Source: Promethearchaeum syntrophicum (GTDB lineage Archaea; Asgardarchaeota; Lokiarchaeia; Sigyniarchaeales; Promethearchaeaceae). Taken from it: 32,000 nucleotides of DNA. The notes beneath the pieces are model-generated. The model saw only the letters and a program-made list of their open reading frames with translations. It was not told the DNA's origin and made no database searches. The stretch covers positions 3,720,001 through 3,752,000 of the forward strand of contig NZ_CP042905.2 of the NCBI RefSeq assembly GCF_008000775.2. The letters run 5' to 3'. Numbering within the stretch: position 1 is the stretch's first letter; the number at the start of each line of letters is the position of its first letter. Below are positions 9,367-17,301 of this stretch, one piece after another. Both the position numbers and the translations under genes were made by a program.

Positions 9367-10200
9367 TTATTCAAATTTTAAACCGCAATATTCGCAATAT
9401 TCATGGTTAGAAGAACTTTCCTCACCACATCTTGGACAATATCTCTTATCCGAGGGAGTATTATTAATTCTTCTTTCCACTACTACTTCTTCTCTAATAT
9501 CTTGTGAAAAAGCAGGATTAGAATTTACGTTGATATTCAAATTTTGGCGTTCGCGTCGTTCATGATATCTCGTTCTTAGATTTTCTTGGTGTCGAGTTAT
9601 GCTATCGATGATTACAAATGAAACAAGCATAATCGGTACACAAGGCCACCAAAACCAATTAGGACGACCATTACTAAAAATATCTACAAATATTAAGAAG
9701 AAACAAACTACCGCAGGATACCATAATGCATGTAATCTAGCTACGGGTTGACCTAATTCAATTTTTTTGATTCTCATATAAGCAACAAAATGTTCTCCAA
9801 CACCTATACCCATTGCAGCAACTGGCCATGCAAACCATGGATAGCCCATTCCTGTAATTACATTTAGGAGGAAAAGAAACATACTTACGGTTAATATGAC
9901 CGCAAAATGAATATAAAAACCACGATCTGATTTATAGGGATATCGATGAATAATAAAAATTACGGAACTATGAATTGATATCCCGATACCCCACGATATT
10001 AGCGGATATAAGAACCAGAAATTACCACCACTAACTCCTGTTAAAAAATTTAGTACCATTAAAAAGCAATTTACTGCAATATAAGTTATCCAATGTGCCC
10101 TTAAACCTGTTCTTGCACCTACTCGATTAAAATTGGGATTATTCCCATGAAATCTGGAATAATTCGAATTATTTTCCGAATTTCTTTGATTGTCCACCAT
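9367..10200 (-). CDS. Membrane protein with repeated 2TM-type units and C-terminal zinc ribbon
   Basis: Three related hydrophobic hairpins each ending in WxxxPxxxWGIGxxxH-like sequence (WFLYPLISWGIGISIH, WFAWPVAAMGIGVGEH, WFWWPCVPIMLVSFV), and C-term YCPRCGEESSSNHEYCEYCG. Confidence 0.75.
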   Translation of the reverse strand: MVDNQRNSENNSNYSRFHGNNPNFNRVGARTGLRAHWITYIAVNCFLMVLNFLTGVSGGNFWFLYPLISWGIGISIHSSVIFIIHRYPYKSDRGFYIHFAVILTVSMFLFLLNVITGMGYPWFAWPVAAMGIGVGEHFVAYMRIKKIELGQPVARLHALWYPAVVCFFLIFVDIFSNGRPNWFWWPCVPIMLVSFVIIDSITRHQENLRTRYHERRERQNLNINVNSNPAFSQDIREEVVVERRINNTPSDKRYCPRCGEESSSNHEYCEYCGLKFE

Positions 10201-10392
10201 TTATTTCAACTCAATTTTAGCTATATGATGTTAACATATAGCATCTGTTTTAATTTATTATGAGACCAATCTTTAGCAAGAAGGTATTTTTATATTGTGA
10301 AAATATTTAAGAATCGTGTCTCCCACGATATTCACTAATCTTAACAGTATTTTAAAAGTTAATTGGATGCAATTTAAAATTAAGAATAAAAT

Positions 10393-10422
10393 AAAAAAAA
10401 AAGAACAATCCCCGGGCAGGGG
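10393..10422 (-). terminator. GC hairpin followed by T10 tract on the minus strand (transcription terminator-like)
   Basis: Minus strand reads CCCC-TGCCC-GGGG-ATTGTTC-TTTTTTTTTT (plus strand A10 at 10393-10402). Confidence 0.5.
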
Positions 10423-10458
10423 TCTCCCATATCTCCATAGTTTTCAAGATATGATCAT
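10423..10458 (-). promoter_or_regulatory. Candidate SECIS element core for vhuU (3' UTR)
   Basis: Minus-strand RNA AUGAU-CAUAUCU-UGAAAACUAUGG-AGAUAUG-GGAGA: perfect 7-bp stem (8 with U-G) with an A-rich apical loop, flanked by UGAU/GGAG able to form tandem sheared G.A/A.G pairs (kink-turn/SECIS quartet). About 108 nt 3' of the Sec UGA. Confidence 0.5.
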
Positions 10459-10481
10459 TGAATTCATCCTTTCACGAATGA

Positions 10482-10640
10482 TTATCCGCAGTCAACTTCC
10501 AACTTGCGAATGACTCGCTCAGTACCGTCTGGCTCAACAATGGTAATGTGAGCTGCACACGAGAGTCAGCAGTCATAACAGCGAATAACCATTTCCAATA
10601 GGTTCAAAATGTTATCATTTACTTCTACTACCATTTTCAT
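10482..10640 (-). CDS. vhuU: VhuU-like selenoprotein: C-terminal Ni-binding peptide of the split [NiFeSe] hydrogenase large subunit, with in-frame TGA (10566-10568) as selenocysteine
   Basis: Manual translation: MKMVVEVNDNILNLLEMVIRCYDC[TGA]LSCAAHITIVEPDGTERVIRKLEVDCG*. It matches the family C-terminus ...RAYDPC/UxxCxxH. Preceded by GGAG 5 nt before ATG, 10 nt after the mvhA stop. Absent from the supplied ORF track because of the TGA. Confidence 0.88.
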
Positions 10641-10650
10641 TTCATCTCCA

Positions 10651-11988
10651 TTATTTCACCATAGGGTCAGGTAATTTTACTTTATCTAAAATTCCTTGTT
10701 CAAATATTTGCTGGGCTGCGTGTTTCACGCTTTTTTCAATACCCGCAATATTGTGGTTTGTTGCAACTAAAAGATTCAGCTTTCGGCAAATACCTTCTGC
10801 ATCCGTGGTCATATCATATATAAGATTTCCTCTAGGAGCATCAACCATTCCGACACCGCGCCCTGCTATAGGTTTGATATCAAGAGTTTTGATATCCGTG
10901 CTTATAATTTCGGGATCTTTTAAGTACTTGATAATTAATTCAAAAGCAGCAACGGTTTCAATGATTCGAGCCCAATGATAAGCAAATGTATGATGAAAAA
11001 CTCCATTATCTTTTCCAAGAATCTTTTGAAACATTTCTTTTCGAGCAGCTTCAGCCAACGGAGTTTCCATTTCATCGCAAGCGTTTATCATTGCCAGTGA
11101 ATTAGTTCGATATATTCCATCTGGATAACCTACTGGACGGTAATAGGTGTGTGTTGCATAAGAATGATTAGGAATATGCTCACCAATTGCTTCCAAGTAA
11201 TCTGCAGGTTTGTAAACCGTTTTCTTACCTTCAGGTGAAACGAATACAATATCCCCATCATAGATTTCATGAACGAGTTTTCCATTGACTTGTTTGGCTA
11301 CACCACAGTAATATGTTGGGGTAACTGCAAGGTTAGCAACAACATCCCAATAATCAAACACGACTTTTTTAGCTAAATCGACTGTAGCTTTTACGTATTC
11401 TAATTGTTCAGGTATTTGAGCAATAAAGGAATCTCGCATTTCTGATGTTAAAGGATTTCGCATTCCCCCAACAATTCCAGCAATTGAACCAACGGATTTT
11501 CCACCAATGAAAGCGCTAATATTCTGCCCAAAATCCATCATTTTCAAAGCCATTGCTCCGACATCGGGTAAATCTTTGATAATTTGAACTACATTTCTCT
11601 TTGCAGGATCTGCAAAAGGACCATAAACAAAATCGGGTGCAGCTAATGCAAAGAAATGCAATAAATGCGAGCTATACTGTTTTGCATTCATGAATAGCTG
11701 ACGCAATTTATAAGCTGCAGTAGGAATTTCTACATTCCATGCAGCTTCTACCGATTTTGTGGCTGCAATGTGATGAGGAACAGGACAAATACCACAAATT
11801 CGATTAGTTATTCTTGGAACATGTTCAGCATATCGGCCAATACAAAGTTTCTCAAAGAAACGGGTTGACGTTATGTTAAATTGCACATCTTTTACAGTTT
11901 TACCATCTTCTGCTAAAACTAGTCTTAAACCACCGTGACCTTCTAAACGGGTTACGGGTTCAACTTCATATACTTTATCTGGAGACAT
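10651..11988 (-). CDS. mvhA: F420-non-reducing [NiFe(Se)] hydrogenase large subunit (group 3c, MvhA/VhuA-like), lacking its C-terminal metal-binding motif
   Basis: N-terminal Ni-binding motif RICGICPVPHH present; protein ends ...LDKVKLPDPMVK* without DPCxxCxxH; operonic with hdrB/hdrC/small subunit. Confidence 0.93.
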   Translation of the reverse strand: MSPDKVYEVEPVTRLEGHGGLRLVLAEDGKTVKDVQFNITSTRFFEKLCIGRYAEHVPRITNRICGICPVPHHIAATKSVEAAWNVEIPTAAYKLRQLFMNAKQYSSHLLHFFALAAPDFVYGPFADPAKRNVVQIIKDLPDVGAMALKMMDFGQNISAFIGGKSVGSIAGIVGGMRNPLTSEMRDSFIAQIPEQLEYVKATVDLAKKVVFDYWDVVANLAVTPTYYCGVAKQVNGKLVHEIYDGDIVFVSPEGKKTVYKPADYLEAIGEHIPNHSYATHTYYRPVGYPDGIYRTNSLAMINACDEMETPLAEAARKEMFQKILGKDNGVFHHTFAYHWARIIETVAAFELIIKYLKDPEIISTDIKTLDIKPIAGRGVGMVDAPRGNLIYDMTTDAEGICRKLNLLVATNHNIAGIEKSVKHAAQQIFEQGILDKVKLPDPMVK

Positions 11989-11989
11989 T

Positions 11990-12880
11990 TTAGAGATTCA
12001 CCTTCGCTAACGCTTCTTTTCCTTTGTTTCTATGGAATTTTATTCCAAGAGTAGCAGGATCTTTACCCATGGCTAAAGCAATCAATTCCGTAATGTAAAA
12101 TGTTGGAAACTTATATACTTCACCTTCTTCAGCCATAGCTTTTAATTTCGGTTGTTCGCTATCGAATTGTTGAAAACATGAAGGGCAGTTTGCAACTAAG
12201 CAATCAGCACCAGCGCGTTTTGCACCATCAATTTTCGATTTCAACATTGTATTTGCAGTGTAAGGATCGGTATTTCTAACTACATTTCCACAACACAGGT
12301 TTTCTTCTTCATATTTGACAGCAGTAGCACCCGTAGCTTCAACCAGCTTTCTTAAATATTGAAGATTCATTACATCTTCTTCTACTTTCAAGATATGCGA
12401 TGGTCGAGCATAGTGGCATCCCGGATGCAGAGCAACTTTTAATCCTGTTAATGGATGTTTTACACTTGCTTTGATCCTTTCGATGCCTACTTCTTCATAT
12501 AACACTTTGACGAAATGAACTACGTTCGTGGTTCCCTTATATTCTTTACCCACTTTTTTGAGGATTTCGTTTACCTCATTCTTTAAATTAGGATCGTGTT
12601 TCATTTGATGGTCAGCAATAATCAAGGATTGAGCACAACCATTGCATAATGACATTATGTTCTTGTTTTCATTTTCAGCTACAACTAAATTTCTGGCAGC
12701 CAAAGTACACCACGTCTTATTATCTACAAATTTTAGACCAACTGGATTAGGACAACACGCAAATTCGGCAGAGCTATAACCAACACCAAGTTCATCAAAA
12801 ACAACTTTTGCTGATGCTTCAAGGAATGGTAATCGATTTGTCATTAAACATCCAGGAAACAATTTATATTCGGTTGTCAT
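11990..12880 (-). CDS. hdrB: Heterodisulfide reductase subunit B (two CCG domains)
   Basis: Two Cys-rich CCG motifs: FPGC...FACCPNP...CNGCAQSL and HPGC...NLCCGN...NCPSCFQQF. Confidence 0.93.
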   Translation of the reverse strand: MTTEYKLFPGCLMTNRLPFLEASAKVVFDELGVGYSSAEFACCPNPVGLKFVDNKTWCTLAARNLVVAENENKNIMSLCNGCAQSLIIADHQMKHDPNLKNEVNEILKKVGKEYKGTTNVVHFVKVLYEEVGIERIKASVKHPLTGLKVALHPGCHYARPSHILKVEEDVMNLQYLRKLVEATGATAVKYEEENLCCGNVVRNTDPYTANTMLKSKIDGAKRAGADCLVANCPSCFQQFDSEQPKLKAMAEEGEVYKFPTFYITELIALAMGKDPATLGIKFHRNKGKEALAKVNL

Positions 12881-13407
12881 TATGCAGTCCCCTCCTCTTC
12901 TTTCTTTCCGAGTACTTTATTTATCCCAGTTGCTTCCATTATAATTTTGACTTCATCGACCGGAATTTTAGGTGGTAAACCAATACCCAATTTTTCACGA
13001 CGTTTATTAATTGCATCTTGAACTGGAATAGCCATTCCGTTGTCTCTAATAGTTCGAGCGGATTCCGGATAAAATTCGGGTGTTGCACCTGCAGCTACTG
13101 CAGCGTTCTTCAGATAACAAATAATATCTGTAATAGGTATTTCACTTGGACAGTACTCGTCGCATGTTTCACAAGCAGTACATCCCCACAAAGCAAATGG
13201 ATCACGTCCTACCGCTGCAAATAAGGCATCTTTGTATCCCAAAGCAGAGAATAAAACAAGATCTCGTGGATTGTATCGTGATCCCCATCGGTGGTGAACT
13301 GGGCATACCTCATTGCATTTGCCACATTGGAAACAGTAAGAGATTTTTTCTCCACCGATCATAAGGTCAAGAACATCTCTTTTCACATGTAAATCTATAT
13401 TAACCAT
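12880..13407 (-). CDS. hdrC: Heterodisulfide reductase subunit C (2x[4Fe-4S])
   Basis: CFQCGKCNEVCPVH and CTACETCDEYCPSEIPITDI; overlaps the hdrB start by 1 nt. Confidence 0.93.
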   Translation of the reverse strand: MVNIDLHVKRDVLDLMIGGEKISYCFQCGKCNEVCPVHHRWGSRYNPRDLVLFSALGYKDALFAAVGRDPFALWGCTACETCDEYCPSEIPITDIICYLKNAAVAAGATPEFYPESARTIRDNGMAIPVQDAINKRREKLGIGLPPKIPVDEVKIIMEATGINKVLGKKEEEGTA

Positions 13408-13408
13408 A

Positions 13409-14770
13409 TTAATTCTCCTCCACTTTTCTTCCTAAAGAACTTGTAGGAACACAAAACCGGGCAAATAACCCAGCAGGATCGCTGAAGAATTTTTTAATAT
13501 TCTCAGGATCATCTCTACAAATTGATGGGAAAAGACTCATCGCTTTAGATGGGAAGTCATCAACATTCAAAGCGGGACCATAACACCCTAAACATGGACT
13601 ATTTGCATTACAACATGTAGCTCCGCAACCAGCTTTTGTTATGGGTCCCATACATACGTAGCCTTGAACTAATAAACATTTTTCTTGATCTGGAAAACCT
13701 TCATAATCACGTATGTAACGAATTACTTCTTTGTCAACAACATTCCTTTCACATTGTGAGCATACAGTTTGTGCAGAATCATCATAATCGGGATTATCCT
13801 TAAGATTTCCCATAGCCGCTCCTACAATATTATTCAATATCTCAGGATATCCTTCAACAGTAAAATCAACAATTTCTTTTTCATTTACCAGTTTTGTTCT
13901 TAAATTATCTGGATCTAGTTTAACAGCGCGAATTGGATCGGCTTTTCCTACTAAATATCCCAATGGAACCGTGTTCAATGTCATGAGGAGTGTTTCCACA
14001 GTTTGTTGAACTTCCTTTCGAGATAATGGTTGTGCAGTTATTTTCTTAAACAATTTTTCCGCGTTTATGTTATGAACTTTTTTAGTTAATCCAAATTCCC
14101 CTAATACCGGATATCCCGACTCTATTCTTCCAAGTGGCACTGCAGAGGCAGTTATAGGTCCATAACATAATCTATCTTGATCAAGTAAACAAGTTTCCAA
14201 TGGACATACATCGCACATGGATTTCTCAGCATTGACTACTGTCTTTACTTGACCCAGTACAGTCGCAATTAAGCCAATAATATTACCTGTTTTTGGTGGA
14301 CACCCTGGTAAATCAACATCAATTTTTGTAACGGTGTGAAGATCCGGAATAAAATCCAAAAATTTTGAAACGTGTTGATCGGGAACAGTAGAACCCGGAT
14401 CTACAAATTCAGGGTCGGTAAACTTCCTTTCAGTAAGTTCTTCGATTGAAAATAAGTTTGCAAGTCCAGGACACCCTCCTAAAACAGCACAAGCCCCTAT
14501 CGCTACAATAACTTTGCATTTTCTCCGCATTAAATGAACATGTTCAAGATCGGCTTCAGTTCGACAAAAACCTTCAAGAAAACCAACATCTACACTATTA
14601 TCCTCGTAATTTTCCAAGTGTTTCAATTTAAAATCGACAACAGCAGGCCAATAAACGATTTCAATTTCCGGTATTACATGCAAGAGCGTTAAATGAGCAT
14701 CTAAAAGAGACTGGTGGCAACCCCAACACGAAGCTAATTGCATAAAAGCTACTTTTGCCATATTTTTCAA
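13409..14770 (-). CDS. mvhG: [NiFe] hydrogenase small subunit (MvhG-like), enlarged to 453 aa
   Basis: ASCWGCHQSLLDAH proximal cluster motif, IGACAVLGGCPG, DVDLPGCPPK, and VCSQCERN...EKCLLVQGYVCMGPITKAGCGATC...SPCLGCYGPA. Confidence 0.9.
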   Translation of the reverse strand: MKNMAKVAFMQLASCWGCHQSLLDAHLTLLHVIPEIEIVYWPAVVDFKLKHLENYEDNSVDVGFLEGFCRTEADLEHVHLMRRKCKVIVAIGACAVLGGCPGLANLFSIEELTERKFTDPEFVDPGSTVPDQHVSKFLDFIPDLHTVTKIDVDLPGCPPKTGNIIGLIATVLGQVKTVVNAEKSMCDVCPLETCLLDQDRLCYGPITASAVPLGRIESGYPVLGEFGLTKKVHNINAEKLFKKITAQPLSRKEVQQTVETLLMTLNTVPLGYLVGKADPIRAVKLDPDNLRTKLVNEKEIVDFTVEGYPEILNNIVGAAMGNLKDNPDYDDSAQTVCSQCERNVVDKEVIRYIRDYEGFPDQEKCLLVQGYVCMGPITKAGCGATCCNANSPCLGCYGPALNVDDFPSKAMSLFPSICRDDPENIKKFFSDPAGLFARFCVPTSSLGRKVEEN

Positions 14771-15166
14771 CTCTATTTTTAATTAATAAGATAAACCTAA
14801 ATATTAAATTAATTCGGAATTTTAGATTTTATCGTATTTATTAGTATGTAGTTTAAAGCTTTTAAGTTTTTAAAATTTACAAAATCATCATTTCTAGCGA
14901 TAATTTTGAATTCTATTTCGATTTTCATCGTTATTTAATGATTTAATGTTCGATATTCTTTATAATATTACTAGTTTAGAAATTAGTAATATGAATCATG
15001 ATTCATAATCTCCGAAAGCCTACAGTTTTTCCAATTCAATTTATATATATTTTAAAATGATTCAAAAACTCTAAATTAAATCCAATTCTGAATGATAATG
15101 GGTTATTGATTCATTTAAGGGAGTTTATAAAAGAATAAGATATAAAAAAAAATATGAATTGGAAAT

Positions 15167-15466
15167 TTAAAAATTTAATATTGAATCATTTTCAAAAATC
15201 AAATCTACTACTTCATCTGTTGTAACTAATTTAATTTTATCAGAAATGAATTTTACTAATCCCCTTTTCATAATATCCTCTTTACATGCAATAACTATCT
15301 TATTTTGATTAATTGCTTGTGAAACGGTATTATTGAATTTATTTGCAAAATACACTGCATTTTGAAGTAGAAGAATTGTTACTTCGTCTTCAATAGAATG
15401 TTCCATCGCAGTTTCTACTCCAGTGATATCTTGACTGGAAATAAAATATAACACTTTTTTTGCCAT
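15167..15466 (-). CDS. DsrH/TusB-like sulfur-relay family protein
   Basis: Small protein in a run of DsrE-fold genes: MAKKVLYFISSQDITGVETAMEHS...VTILLLQNAVYFA...VIACKEDIMKRGLVKFISDKIKLVTTDEVVDLIF. Confidence 0.7.
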   Translation of the reverse strand: MAKKVLYFISSQDITGVETAMEHSIEDEVTILLLQNAVYFANKFNNTVSQAINQNKIVIACKEDIMKRGLVKFISDKIKLVTTDEVVDLIFENDSILNF

Positions 15467-15479
15467 TTTTTCATGCCTC

Positions 15480-15824
15480 CTAAAATGGGATGGTTACGGA
15501 TGATTCCGCAATCATTTTTACTATATCACAATGATCTACAATTTTCACATGATCAACTAAATCCTCTTTGACTAATCCCCTCTCATCAATGGATTTCTTA
15601 TCAACAAAGATATCTAAATCAATACTTTTCAAGAAATTCATATGTACTAAATACATAGTTTTATCTACATCCTTAGTAAAGGTGTATACTGCATCATTAA
15701 TGGCAATGGTAATCGGATCAAAATCGGCACTAACTGCTACTGCCATTCGTAACCCCTCAACAGGATAAAGTGTTCCGTGTGGGGGTTGTCGCAAAAGAAT
15801 AACTACATTTTTTTCTTCAGTCAT
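15480..15824 (-). CDS. DsrE/DsrF (TusC)-like family protein
   Basis: VVILLRQPPHGTLYPVEGLRMAVAVSADFDPITIAINDAVYTF...DERGLVKEDLVDHVKIVDHCDIVKMI. Confidence 0.72.
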   Translation of the reverse strand: MTEEKNVVILLRQPPHGTLYPVEGLRMAVAVSADFDPITIAINDAVYTFTKDVDKTMYLVHMNFLKSIDLDIFVDKKSIDERGLVKEDLVDHVKIVDHCDIVKMIAESSVTIPF

Positions 15825-15835
15825 TTTTCATCACC

Positions 15836-16198
15836 TTAACAGATTACAATAAGTCTATCAGTTTCGTCAATAATTCTAGCAAGATCAGGTGTTCCAGCTT
15901 TTTTAATATCTCCGCTTTCCTTTGTGATACAATTTTTCATTGTACCTCTTACTAAAAGACAAATATTACAGAGTCTGATTGTCGCCCCTTTACTTAATAT
16001 TTCTTTAAAACCTTCTTCAATATTCATAATACCTTCTATTTTTTTTTGTTTTTCTAAGACCGCATTCACTGCATCCATATAACAAAAAATGCGGACACTG
16101 TGTCCTTTATCTAGTGCAGCGTTTGCGATTTTGCATACAGATTCACTAGCCTGTTTTTGATAAGGTCCATCAAAGAAAAGGATTCCTAATTTGGGCAT
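15836..16198 (-). CDS. DsrE/TusD-like sulfur-relay protein
   Basis: LGILFFDGPYQKQASESVCKIANAALDKGHSVRIFCYMDAVNAV...GATIRLCNICLLVRG: DsrE-type fold with conserved-position Cys residues. Confidence 0.75.
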   Translation of the reverse strand: MPKLGILFFDGPYQKQASESVCKIANAALDKGHSVRIFCYMDAVNAVLEKQKKIEGIMNIEEGFKEILSKGATIRLCNICLLVRGTMKNCITKESGDIKKAGTPDLARIIDETDRLIVIC

Positions 16199-16224
16199 TT
16201 TTTAATTTCAACTCCCATCCTAAG

Positions 16225-17301
16225 TTAATCGTCTTTTTCTCTGAATAGTAAAAATGCCAAAAACCAACACCCTAATACTATTCCAACTGATGAAACTATA
16301 CTACCAACAGATAACTGAGGGATCCCGCTTAAAAGATTTCCAACATTACAACCTGAGGCAACAACTGCTCCAAAACCCATTATAAATCCACCTAAAAATT
16401 GTAACAATATTGTTTTACCTTCCTTTGGAGTTCTAAGCTTAAATTCACCAGCAATCAATGAAGCAATCAATGCACCAACAATAACGCCCAATACTAACCA
16501 TGAAATCCAGGATAATGCAGCTACATCTCCAGTAACTAAATATTTTAAGTTTCCTATCCAACCCGCAGTAATTCCTAAAGGATAATTTCTACCGGCTGCA
16601 GCAGATAAAGGCCATGCAATAATATTTATAATACCAATTAAATAGCCAGTTGAATACCAAGACCATCCTTTCTTGAATATATTTTCTCCTAAATTACTGA
16701 AATCAAAGAATTTCTCTCTCTTTGCTTTAATTTCTTTAAATACCCAGAAGTAGAAAGTTACTACAAGACCAATTACACCAATAATTAAACAGAATAATGG
16801 TGTTAAATCTCCAAAAACAGTGATTCCACCAGTAGATACTGATTGTAAAGCTGTAGTGACTCCTGAAAGAGCACCAGATTTTGTGGTAAACGCCCCAATT
16901 GCTAACCCAACTAAGGCTACCAATGATCCCATCATACCTTCTCCAACTCGATAGGTCGTTCCACTAGCACATCCTGCAGCAAGAACCATTCCTAATCCAA
17001 AAACAAATCCGCCGATAATAGACCCATATGCGAATAATGGTTTTGGATTCCAGGTAACCCATCCTGCAAGACCCATAATTCCAAATCCGGCCATGCATGT
17101 TAATAATGCAAGAGCTACAGATTTTATTAGTTTATATTCCTTTAATAAGATAATATCTCTAAAAGCGGAGTTCATACAAAATCGACCGCGTTGTAGGATT
17201 ATACCAAATAACATCCCAATCAAAAGTCCTGATATTAAGACTGCATAAAATTCTGCCATTTTCATTTTGCTCCTTATTTTATACGGACCAAGATTTGCCA
17301 T
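16225..17301 (-). CDS. YeeE/YedE-family transporter (thiosulfate/sulfur-compound uptake-like)
   Basis: Multi-TM protein with GRFCMNSAFRD, LAAGCASGTTYRVGEG and VASGCNVGNLLSG Cys motifs, next to a TusA-like gene. Confidence 0.87.
   Translation of the reverse strand: MANLGPYKIRSKMKMAEFYAVLISGLLIGMLFGIILQRGRFCMNSAFRDIILLKEYKLIKSVALALLTCMAGFGIMGLAGWVTWNPKPLFAYGSIIGGFVFGLGMVLAAGCASGTTYRVGEGMMGSLVALVGLAIGAFTTKSGALSGVTTALQSVSTGGITVFGDLTPLFCLIIGVIGLVVTFYFWVFKEIKAKREKFFDFSNLGENIFKKGWSWYSTGYLIGIINIIAWPLSAAAGRNYPLGITAGWIGNLKYLVTGDVAALSWISWLVLGVIVGALIASLIAGEFKLRTPKEGKTILLQFLGGFIMGFGAVVASGCNVGNLLSGIPQLSVGSIVSSVGIVLGCWFLAFLLFREKDD

Noticed and set aside
10316-10513. Plus-strand 65-aa ORF MSPTIFTNLNSILKVNWMQFK...
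   Set aside because: Antisense to the vhuU 3' region, terminator and SECIS candidate; translates a poly-Lys tract (EKKKKKEQSPGRG-like) from the A10 run; no coding signature.
10482-10653. Interpretation of the mvhA 3' end as a degraded pseudogene
   Set aside because: The motif beyond the TGA is precisely preserved (D-x-U-x-x-C-x-x-H), has its own RBS and start codon, and matches the known VhuU split arrangement.
13018-13364. Plus-strand ORFs across hdrC
   Set aside because: Antisense to an Fe-S protein gene; Cys-rich only because the opposite strand is.
16225-17301. Definite call of the YedE-type protein as a selenium transporter
   Set aside because: Conserved motifs look closer to the TsuA/thiosulfate branch; selenium link kept only as a hypothesis.
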